Shown here: positions 37,860 through 48,480 of the stretch, piece by piece
Layout of the letters: every line of letters starts with the position of its first letter
How positions within the stretch are numbered: the stretch's first letter is position 1
Notes under the pieces: model-generated
Told to the model about the DNA's origin: nothing
Database searches by the model: none
Seen by the model: only the letters and a program-made list of their open reading frames with translations
DNA from: Mytilus trossulus
Taxonomy: Eukaryota
NCBI RefSeq assembly: GCF_036588685.1
Contig: NC_086374.1
Span: 93,248,001 to 93,312,000 of the forward strand
Direction: 5' to 3'
DNA length: 64,000 nucleotides
Translations under genes and position numbers: made by a program

Positions 37860-38100
37860 CTCATCTCACCTATGCTGTTTATGCCAGTCAGTATTTAAGA
37901 CCAAGATACATTTTTCCATTTTTTATGGTCTATTGCTGTTTTTCTTGCTGTAGCCCAGATGTTCCTTCCGAGTGTCATATTTTTTTCTGTCTCAACAGTC
38001 CATCTTCGGGTAGTCCTTTTTCCCTGTGGTTCAAATGGCATGCTACACCTAATGTAGTTTTCCGTAGGTGGCCTCTTGCATGAAATAGTCCATTCTTTAT
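37860..38100 (-). mobile_element. Possible RTE-type LINE C-terminal remnant
   Basis: Degenerate PPTENYIR...EPQGKRTTRRWTVE...AIDHKKWKNV resembles the WTPQGKRKRGRP..TWRRTVE...DRxxW tail of RTE-type LINEs. Confidence 0.4.
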
Positions 38101-38481
38101 CTAAAATACATTCTTGTTCAGTGACAGTTTAAACTGATCCCGGTCGAGCAGCTTTTCAGCACAGACCTAGTTAATTGATTGTGAATTTGTTCTCGTCCTA
38201 TACTTAAAATAATTGCTACTGTAATAGTAAGCATAGCATAACGCAACAATGTATCACATTTGGATTTCAGACTTACCATAGAACAACATTGCAACATTTT
38301 AAATGAGATCAGATATACGAGTATGTACGTTCTTACATGTACTTCTTTTACTGGTAAAAAGTCTCCAGTTGTCAAATCACAGAACAGACGTAGTCTTTAT
38401 AACCATTTCTTTACAAGCAATTTTTATTAAAGTAATTGTTGTTTACTTAACTTCCAATGACAAATAGGTAATGGATAGTAT

Positions 38482-39075
38482 CGTCTGGCGTACTAAATTA
38501 TAATCCTGGTACCTTAGATTACTATTTACACCACTGGGTCGATGCCTCTGCTGGTGGACGTTTCGTCCTCGAGGATATCACCAGTCCAGTAGTCAACACT
38601 TCTGTGTTAACATTCGTATCAATAATGTAGTCATTTTTATATTTCCTGTTTACAAAACTTTGAATTGTTCAAAAAACTAAGGATTTTCTCATCCCAGGAA
38701 TAGATTACCTTAGCCGTATTTGGCACAACTTTTTGGAATTTTGGATCCTCAATGCTCTTTAACTTTGTTCTTGTTTGGCGCTACAAATATTTTGATATGA
38801 GCGTCACTGAAGAGTCTTGTGTAAATTAATAAACTCATCATAGATACCAGAACTAATTTTTTTTATATACGCCAGACGCGCGTTTCGTCTACAAAAGACT
38901 CAGTGACGTTCGAATTCAAAAAAGTTAAAAAGGCCAAATAAAGTTGATAAGAATTGAGGAACAGAATTCCTAAAACTTTTGCCAAATCCAGCTGAGGTAG
39001 AAAAGCCTTTGTGTTTCAAAAATTTAACGCGAGTCTAGCATACTAAATTATAATCCTGGTACCTTTGACTATTAA
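38482..39075 (+). mobile_element. Retrozyme-like monomer (~340 bp) whose hammerhead is split by an inverted retrozyme fragment
   Basis: Starts at the cleavage-site sequence CGTC^TGGCGT. The core CTGAAGA GTC TTGTGTA ends at 38823 and resumes as AACGCGAGTC at 39026. The insert carries a minus-strand hammerhead (38869-38909) lacking 3 nt of the core. Confidence 0.8.
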
Positions 39076-39464
39076 CAAAGAAGACAAATTTTAGAATTTT
39101 ATAAAACAGTTGATAAGCAATTTATATCAAACTATTAATATAATCTCTGCAAATGAAAGATTCAAAGAACGTTTTTTTGCTTATGATCATTATAATAGTC
39201 TTCTTACATGCAAACAACTTTTACTCTTCCATGACATAAGCTGCACGTGTAATTCTTGAGAGAGAAAAATACCAGATCTTCATAATCATCATACTGTTTT
39301 TTGAGTTGAAAAACTATGCAAAGTTTTCAATATATTAAACGATACAGTATATGGAAATAAAAAACCTTTTAAGTTTGTGGTTATGTGAACATTTTGTTCT
39401 TCTTCTAAAATATACAAGATTAAAATATTTGAAGAAAACTTGTGAATTCTTCGTCTTAAATGTG

Positions 39465-39990
39465 ACATTTTCTTATCCCAGGAATAGATTGCCTAAGCCG
39501 AATTTGGCACAACTTTTTTGGAATTTAAGACCCTCAATGCTCTTCAACTTCGAACTTGTTTGGCTTTATACATATTTTGAAATGAGCGTCATTGAAGAGT
39601 CTTGTGTCTGGCGTACTAAACTATAATCCTGGTACCTTTGATAAATATTAACACCACTGGTGGACGTTTCGTCCCCGAGGGCATCACTAGCCCAGTAGTC
39701 AGCACTTCGATGTTGACATAAATATCGATTATGCGGTCATTTTTATAAATTTCCTGTTTACAAAACTTTGAAATTTTCGAAAACTAAGGATTTTCTTATC
39801 CTAGGAATAGATTACCTTAGCCGTATTTGGCACATCTTTTTGGGGAATTGTTTACCCTTAATGCTCTTCAACTCCGTACTTGTTTGGCTTTATACATATT
39901 TTGAAATGAGCCTCACTGAAGAGTCGTATGTAGACATAACGAGCTAGACGCGTACTAAATTATAATCCTGGTACCTTTAATAACTATTTA
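39465..39990 (+). mobile_element. Tandem retrozyme-like repeats with decayed hammerheads
   Basis: About 1.5 tandem units; cores at ~39586-39614 (internal deletion) and ~39910-39954. Confidence 0.8.
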
Positions 39991-40719
39991 GTTAAAAACA
40001 GATATTTTAGAAAATGAAAGTATTCTCTCAGAATGACTTTGACAATTATATTGTCTATTAGGGTGGCTATTTTACCAGAAACTTAAAATTCCCAACAGCT
40101 TCAGCGAGTGTGACCTCAAACTTGTTTTTCTTATATCTTTTAGAAACACCAGTCGATGGTACAATGCTCCGAGTGCTACATTTTGAAGGATAAGAGAAAT
40201 ATGCATACAACTTTCGAGGAAAATTTGTGTTTAGTTTCGCCCCTAGAACTTTTCGTTCCGATTTGTGATGATCAATCAACGTAATTAGGAAGTTAAGTTG
40301 TTTATGATCAATTAACATATTGATTAATTGATATGTCACGCGCTCGGAGTAGTCTGTACTAACGGGTAGAAGGAAATGTTATTTCAAATATTGACAGTAC
40401 ATATCGCCTTTACGTATAATTATGTACCCTTACACTGTAGCTAGTATTAGTGTGTTAATTGGTTTAGAAGTTGTTATATGTAATTGGTTTTGGTTACCTA
40501 ACCTGGGTTAATTGTGTTGTAAAAAATGTTTATACAAAAATAAGGATGTATCATACCATGAAAGTATTCCATGATCATACAATTCTGTCACAGCGTTATT
40601 GTATCAAGAACGTCACCTACTGTTAGCGAATTATCGTAATGTTTTAGATAACTCATCAAATATTAAACAAAGATGTGGTATGATTGCCAAAAAAGTTTGT
40701 AAATAGTTTTTCAAAATTG

Positions 40720-41243
40720 TTAAGATGCAAACTTAAAGTTATTTAATGGAAATTAGAATACTTCTGCTACATCAATATTGACTGTTTTTGACAATACAAT
40801 GCACATATATCGGGTACTAGCATCATTAAAGATCGTGCTTAATTACTGAAATCTTCACAATTTAAGCATTTTAGTTAAATTTTAGATGGTTTCCGTTTTA
40901 AATGAAAGTTCCCGCATTTGTGGTCATTTTTCATATTGAAATGTAAGTTATTTTATGATAATACATAACATATAAAAAAAATTGAGGATGAATATGGATG
41001 CGGTCACTTTCATCTTTGACAAAAACCATCTGAAAAGTGGCATTTTTTGGCATATTTGATAGATTTTTCAAATTTAAGCTTGAATCGTAGTGTTCTTAAT
41101 GACTAAATCAGTTAAAGTCCTTCACAATAAACTAATTAAAATAACTGAAATAGACACTTTAAAAGTGTTTAGAAAGTGTCCAAAATTTTTCGTCAGATGA
41201 ACCTGAAAGAGGCCAAAATAGGCCCTAACCGGACCTACTCCTT
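40720..41243. mobile_element. One-ended DNA transposon remnant (terminus CCGGACCTACTCCTTT)
   Basis: TIR-like end typical of bivalve TTAA-class elements. The matching end was not found. Confidence 0.35.
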
Positions 41244-41749
41244 TCAGCAACAGACACTCTAGAATGGTAGTAGCTGTTTCTTAAAAAAATAATACACTCG
41301 ACATTTGGTTGTGAAGGATCCTAATCACAATAATTTGTCAAACGCGTTCATATTTCTTTTTGTGAAGGTATGCAATAGTATTGATCTTCCACAAATCGGG
41401 GTTTATATATGCTGGCATCAAGTTAACTTATTCCCGCTCTTTATATGCTTGAAAAATTACAAGTTCGGGATTAAGAAAACATTTCCCCATTCAACCACCT
41501 GAAAGAAAACATTTAAATACATTGCATTACTTAACTAAATATAATAATTATATTGAAATTACACAAGTAAGTAGATTTGATAAACTACCAGTCACTCGGA
41601 CAAACTATACAAAATACATGTATTAGCATATTTGTCAACACTCTATTTGATATTCTGCCCCAAGTAGTTTAATTACTCATATAAAAATAATGTATAGCAC
41701 CATCAGTGGTGTTGGTATCAGTTTATATGTTTTATACAATTGAAACATG

Positions 41750-42690
41750 TAAAAATTAAAATCACAAAAATACTGAACTCCGATGAAAATTCAAAAAGGA
41801 AAGTCCCTTATCGAATGGCAAAATCAAAAGCTTAAACTCATCAAACGAATGGAAAACAACTGTCCTATTCCTAACTTAGTACAGTCATTTTCTCGTTTAG
41901 AAAAAAGTGGATTAAACCCGGTTTAAAAGCTAATTAAACCTTGTAACATGGCAAAATGTCAAAAATAGGACTGCAGCAGTCAACACTGTGTTATAATCTT
42001 AATCACTATAAAAACAAACAAATATGTAACAAAGAAGCACAAAATGGCATATAGACCGAAATATTAGCAAAAATTAAAGGCAAGAAAACACAAATTTACA
42101 ATAGTACAATAACACAACGACGAGATGCATAAGTACAAAGCCACGCATATATATGTATAAAAGAAACATAGAGGGCATATATAGACAAAGCGCATTACCA
42201 AATATGAAAGATAAGAACACAACAATGCTTTACAATAGCATATATTAACGGGATGTATAAGTACAGAGCCACGTCATATGTATCAAAGACAAACCACATA
42301 GACAAAGCCAAAAGGAAAGACATGAATACGATACTTATCATAGAACAATGACGGAATATACAAGTATCTAGCCACGTTAAATGGAAATCAATAAAAACAG
42401 ACTAAACAATAACAGAAATATTCATGAAGACAAATTAAAGAATAGTAAAACATGTTATTTAGATGATAAATAATGTCAGTACCCATTATCTGTACTTCAA
42501 GACCATTGTGTATTACTTGTGAAGGGATATTTATCAACAAGGTCTTGGTATCTTACGATGAACCTTTTTAGAAAAATGACGAGACGTTTTTTTTACACAC
42601 ACCTGGTTCATCAACATTCTGCTCAGACAATGGTGACGGTTTACAAAGTCTGCGTAGGAGCTACAAGCTCTTGAATACCGAATATGTCTA
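41750..42690 (-). mobile_element. Penelope-like element 3' portion
   Basis: IRYSRACSSYADFVNRHHCLSRMLMNQ (RT C-terminal region), followed by a 3' UTR whose terminus matches window positions ~60-135. Confidence 0.65.
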
Positions 42691-42887
42691 AATTCATAAT
42701 TTACAAAACCTTGCAGCTTTCGATGCATTCATTACGTCTATTTAATGATTACTCAATTCATGCGGATTAACAAAAACTACTGAGATTCACAATACCTAGA
42801 ATGTTATGCTGTCGGAGGCCATAGACGAAAAATAAATACCAATACATATTGCCGGAAAATTAAGCAAACAAGTAAACAGTACATTGA

Positions 42888-44187
42888 ACTAAAGGCTCTA
42901 AAGAGCCTGTGTCGCTCACCTTGGTCTATGTGAATATTAAACAAAGGAAACAGATGGATTCAAGACAGAATTTGGGTTTGGTGATGGTGATGTGTTTGTA
43001 GATCTTACTTTACTGAACATTCATGCTGCTTTCAATTATCTCTATCTATAATGAACCTGGCCCAGTAGTTACAGTGGAAAATGTAAGTAAAATTTTACTT
43101 AAATTTTTGAATAATGACTATATAAATGGCAATAACTCCTTAGGGGGTGAATTGACCATTTTGATCATGTTGACTTCTTTTTAGGTCTTACTTTGCTGTA
43201 CATTATTGCTATCTGCAGTTTATCTCTATCTACAATAATATTCAAAATAATGACCAAAAACAGCAAAATGTCCTTTAAATTACCAATTCAGGGGCAGCAA
43301 CCCAACAAAGGGTTGTCCGATTGGTCTGTTAATTTCAGGGCAGATAGATCTTGACCGTATCAACAATTTTACACCATGTCAGATTTGCTCTTAATGCTTT
43401 GGTTTTTGAGTTATAACCCAAAAACTGCATTTTACCCCTAGGTTCTATTTTTAGCCGTCGCGGCCATCTTGGTTTGTAGGCCATTTCACCGGGCGCAATT
43501 TTTAAACTAGATACCCCAAAGATGATTGTGGCCAAGTTTGGATTAATTTGACCCATTTGTTTCAGAGAAGAAGATTTTTGTAAAAGATTACTAAGATTTA
43601 CAAAACATGGTTAAAAATTGACTATAAAGGGCAATAACTCCTAAAGAGGTCAACTGACCATTTCGTTCATGTTGATTTATTTGTAAATCTTACTTTGCTG
43701 AACATTATTGCTGTTTACAGTTTATCTATATCTATAATAATGTTCAGGATAATAACCAAAAACAACAAAATTTCCTTAAAAATTACCAATTCAGGGGCAG
43801 CAACCTAACAACAGGTTGTCCGATTCATCTGAAAATTTCAGGGCAGAACGATCTTGACCTGATAAACAATTTTAACCCCATGTCAGATTTGCTCTAAATG
43901 CTTTGGTTTTTGAGGTATAAGCCAAAAAACTGCATTTTATCCCTCTTTTCTATTTTTAGATGTAGCGGCCATCTTGGTTAGTTGGCCGGGTCAACGGACA
44001 CATTTTTTAAACTAGATACCCCAATGATGATTGTGAATTTGGTTTAATTTGGCCCAGTAGTTTCAGAGGAGAAGATTTTTGTAAAAGTTAACGACGCAGG
44101 ACGACGACGGACGCAGGACGACGACGGACGCCGGACGCAAAGTGATGGGAAAAGCTCACTTGGTCCATTGGGCCAGGTGAGCTAAAA
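42888..44187 (+). mobile_element. Pearl/HINE-like (Helentron-associated) non-autonomous element
   Basis: 5' AGGCTCTAAAGAGCCT hairpin plus GCTCACC subterminal repeat; two ~500-bp tandem cores; (GAC/GGAC) microsatellite at 44092-44138; 3' AGCTCACTTGG...CCAGGTGAGCT hairpin ending in an A-tract. Confidence 0.8.
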
Positions 44188-44374
44188 AGGAGCTTAAAGT
44201 TGAGCAAGAATTGAAATGTTTCCAATATTGACAATTTAGAAAATCAATTATATTTTAAAAACTTATCATATCACTTATTCAAACAAATGAGGCTTAAATT
44301 GAGTTCAAGATATTTTAATTATAAAATATTAAGTAGCCGAATCACCGATATGGATAGAATTATCAGAAACGCCA

Positions 44375-44670
44375 CCAATATGGCGACATAGCAGTGTTAT
44401 TGTCTGTCTACGAGTAGTGCACCATTCGATGTGGTCATCACGTGTACGCCTATAAGCAAGCAACTTGCAAAGGAAATAGTACTCTTAGCAAAACAACCGT
44501 ATCATATTTAATGAAATGTGAATTATTATCAAAACATTCCTGATCATTTTTCAAGAATTTGGATTCATTAGCCGGTGTTTGTTGAGATGAAGACATAATG
44601 TCAAGTTTCCGTCGTCACGTCAAGCTGTTAGTTTTACACACGTCGTTCTTATAATGGTTTTGGTAGGTAT
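44375..44670 (+). repeat. Locally duplicated segment, copy 1 (promoter/exon-like)
   Basis: Core 44532-44670 is nearly identical to 48111-48248 and ends at AG|GTAT. Confidence 0.8.
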
Positions 44671-45792
44671 TTTTTTCCCTCTGACATAGGACTAATACAT
44701 ATTAGTGTAATAGTCCCAGATCTAACACTCAATACTTTAAATTTTTCATTTTAAATTTTTTATGCATATTCTTAGAAAATGATATATTAGGTTTTTTTTT
44801 CCAATCTTTAAATTGAGTTATAGTATATATGTTACTTTCATTTTTTTATATATAAAACTGTGTTATAGCTAAGATTAAGGTGTTTTCTTGGTGTTGCTCT
44901 GGCAGTCGTGGACATGTTTCTTTTATTTTTAATATAAAATTGTATTGGTAATTAATTACATGTAAAAAAAAGAGTACTTGTCACTATCATAAGACGAAAT
45001 ATTTTTTTCTCCCCGAATATTGTTTCAGCTTATCATATATATCCTAGCTTATCTATATACATATAGAGACATACCAATCTAATCAAACAGTTTATTCGAT
45101 TCTGTCGCAATTATCGCTTTAGCGAAAATTTCTGTCAAATTAAGCATGAAATGTGTAGGAAATCGTAACTGTGAATCAAAATTGTTCAGAGTACCTAACA
45201 CACTTAATGTGATATCTTAGTACTTATATGTACATATATATAATATATCAAACAGTTTCAAAAATTTACATTTTCGCTTGAAGATAATAGAAACTTTCCC
45301 ACGATACATATAAACCTATTCAATATGTTATTTGTGAAAATGTATGTTAATTAATTCCTCATAAATTAGAAACAAAAGTACCTTACCGATGTTCAAATCC
45401 AATAAATTTATACAAAGCACGATAAAAAATGAATGAAAACACCAAATGGTTCTTAGCATGAGCGTCGACATGGTAACCATCTACTGCAATGCATGCATTT
45501 TTCTATGTTTTGATGTTACACTTTTGTTTCATGTAAGGGTGAAGGTTGGTACCTATCAAAACGTTTAACCCCGCTGCCTTTTGTACATGTTCCAAGTCAT
45601 TTGACCTATAATGGTTTACAAATGGTGACTTGGATGGAGAGTTGTCTCATTGGCACTCATACAACATCTTCTTATATCTATGACCAATAACACTCGATCA
45701 AACTGTTACAAGCGCGAATAAGACAATAAAAAATTAACAGTTAATAAAAGGTAGTTTTTCATATGTTTATGTTATTACAAAGAGACACTTTA

Positions 45793-46012
45793 CAATACAG
45801 CTTTATTAAATCGATCATTGATCGATTTAATAAAGCTGTATTGATTCATTAAGTCAGCTTTATTTAATTGATCATTGAGTCAGCTTTATTAAATCGATCA
45901 TTGAGTCAGCTTTATTAAATCGATCATTGAGTCAGCTTTATTAAATCGATCATTGAGTCAGCTTTATTAAATCGATCATTGAGTCAGCTTTATTAAATCG
46001 ATCATTGAGTCA
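45793..46012. repeat. 51-bp perfect hairpin followed by ~6 copies of a 26-bp tandem repeat
   Basis: 25-bp arms at 45793-45817 and 45819-45843. The unit GAGTCAGCTTTATTAAATCGATCATT derives from the arm. Confidence 0.92.
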
Positions 46013-47287
46013 AAATGATTCATCAACGAATTTTAATAGAAGTTCTCAATCAGGAGTTCCCCTAGATGACGACTCCTGAGTATTATCAGGGTTTTAAAAA
46101 TGGTAAAAAGGATAAATGAAAAGAAATGAAAATTAATTCAATGTAAAGCCAGCATACTTTTCGTTGTATCTAGCAAACGGATGTGAATCTGTTAATACAT
46201 TTTGCATTAAAAAAAAAAACATAGTCGTGTGAGCCTTATAGTCATATAATTCAAATTTGATTGGAAAGAAACATATATCCATGCATATCCCGATCCATGC
46301 AGGTGCAAAAATCTACCTTTTCGTATATTCGACAACATGTAAGGTCAGGATTATTGTGTCAATAATGATGTTGTTAAAAAACCGGAAGTTTAGAGAAAAA
46401 TTCAGAGAGATGTGGTGCTATATTTCTATGAATTGCTACTATTTTTCAGATTTTTTTTACCTTCGAAAACTGTTTGCCAATTTATCTTAGTTATACCATT
46501 AATGTCGTGACTCCTATTTTAAGAGCAAAATTCACGAAATCCAAATTTCATGCATATTTTCAATAGAAGGAATGGAATTTCATCCTAAATTTCCTGGTAC
46601 TTGAATGGACTTTGAAAGTAATAGGCCAATCATATTATAGTTTAGGAGAATGATTCATTTATTCTTTGTTTACAAAAACACATGGCAATATTGGCGGATA
46701 AACAAAGAAAAGTTCTAGAAAAAAATAGCATTGCTAGGGAAATAATGAAATAATAGATAAATTAGTTGAATTGATTTCGAACAGTGACTCACTTTAAAGT
46801 CCTGTTGAATGTCGATTTATCAAATCTAAAATGATTAATAAATTCGGTCTGATCCTTACTACTAACATTGAATTCTTAGAAGAAAGAGTTGTAGGTACTA
46901 ACTAGTCTTCTTCGCTGCAACCAGTTATTTGTCATCTCGTTCTTGTAGTATTTCTAAGTCGACTTCTCCAACGGATAGTACGCAGAATACTCGGTGAAAG
47001 TGCAATGCAGTGATTCAGTAGTGTAATTTTTCTTATTTCAAAATTTTGTTTACTTTTTCATAATAACCAGTTCAAATAAACTATAAGGTTCAACGTCATC
47101 TGGTAAAGTTAATTAGATGAAATTGGCTTTTGTTTTCTTGTCCCCTTTTGTGGCTCATTATGACCCTCCGTTTTAACACATCACTGACTACTTTCAAATG
47201 GTACGCGGCGTTCCTAATGATTGCAATCCAAATAAAGCGCATCGGATGCACGATATTTATAATAACATAAACGGTGCCAATTTTTCT

Positions 47288-47331
47288 GCACCAGATGCGC
47301 ATTTCGACAATATATGTCTCTTCGGTGATGC
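47288..47331 (-). ncRNA. Minimal type I hammerhead ribozyme, second family
   Basis: Minus strand: GCATCA CCGAAGA GAC ATATATT GTC GAAA TGCGCA TC^TGGTGC. All stems pair; U4 is changed to C. Confidence 0.78.
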
Positions 47332-47949
47332 TCGTGGCCAAAAGTGTTATTTTCATTTTCTAGCACTGTGTTGATTTCGCAGCGGTTGGACATTTTCGAC
47401 CCTGAGGATATTGTCAGCGCAGCAGTGCTTTGGTATTGATATGATTTATATTTAATTTAAAAACTAGACGAAAGATACCAACCATAAGGACATCCAAACC
47501 CACAAGTCAAAGCAAACTGACATTGCCATTGCAAAAACCGAAAACTGACGACAAAAAGACAAGCAAAAAAACACAACATAGAAAACGAAAGCCTTAGTTA
47601 ACACTAATCCCACCAAAAGCGTGGGATGATCTCATATGCTCTGAAAGGGTAAGCAGATCCTGATCCACATGGGATATCCGTCGTGTTACTCCTGTAAAAC
47701 ATATATGTTGGTATATCAAACGAAATTAAACATCACGTAATGGTTGATTGGTAACTGAACTAGGTACTTTACCAAAGTCAGAAAACATTGGTAATGTACA
47801 TTAGCAAACTCCTGAAACTAAACCGAAAATATTTTTTTTTTATTTGAAACTATTTTTTTAAAAGTTAGTTTCATTTAAAAGTTGCCTCCAAAATTATGAG
47901 AAAAACTAGACAAAAAATATGCCACAAATGTTTAAATGAATTATAGAAA

Positions 47950-48250
47950 GCGCCACTACAATGACGACATGTTGTACTTCTTTCTTAGCCACGTGATTTG
48001 AAACATCCGCTTTGGTCATCATTTACATGCCCAGGCAAGCTAATCGCAAACAAAATAGTTTTCTTAGCAAAGCAACCATAGCATTTCAAATTAAATGTAA
48101 ATTATAATCTAAACATTCCTGATCATTGTCAAGAATTTGGATTCATTAGCCGGTGTTTGTTGAGATGAAGACATAATGTCAAGTTTCCGTCGTCACGTCA
48201 AGCTGTTAGTCTTGCACACGACGTTCCGGTAATAGTTTTGGCAGGTATAT
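47950..48250 (+). repeat. Locally duplicated segment, copy 2
   Basis: Homologous to 44375-44670. Confidence 0.8.
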
Positions 48251-48443
48251 TTTTCTAATGGGACATTCTTTACTAGTTAGTTTGTTCATTAACAGCACCT
48301 TTGAATTGCTTAAATATTCCTTAATCGTCCCATCATCAAATTTTATGCAATTCTTGATATTGTTTTTGGAGGAATCAAATCCCATATTTTCATTTCATAA
48401 TCAAAACGAAAACTCAACGGAAATACCAGGCTTGTAATTGTGT

Positions 48444-48480
48444 ACGTCAGACACGCGTTTCGTCTACAAACGACTCGGTG
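48444..48480 (-). ncRNA. Degenerate hammerhead remnant
   Basis: Minus strand: CCGA GTC GTTTGTA GAC GAAA CGCGTG TC TGACGT; the 5' core is truncated. Confidence 0.6.

Noticed and set aside
45844-46012. CRISPR-like appearance of short direct repeats (also 56149-57201)
   Set aside because: No unique spacers, no cas genes, eukaryotic context.
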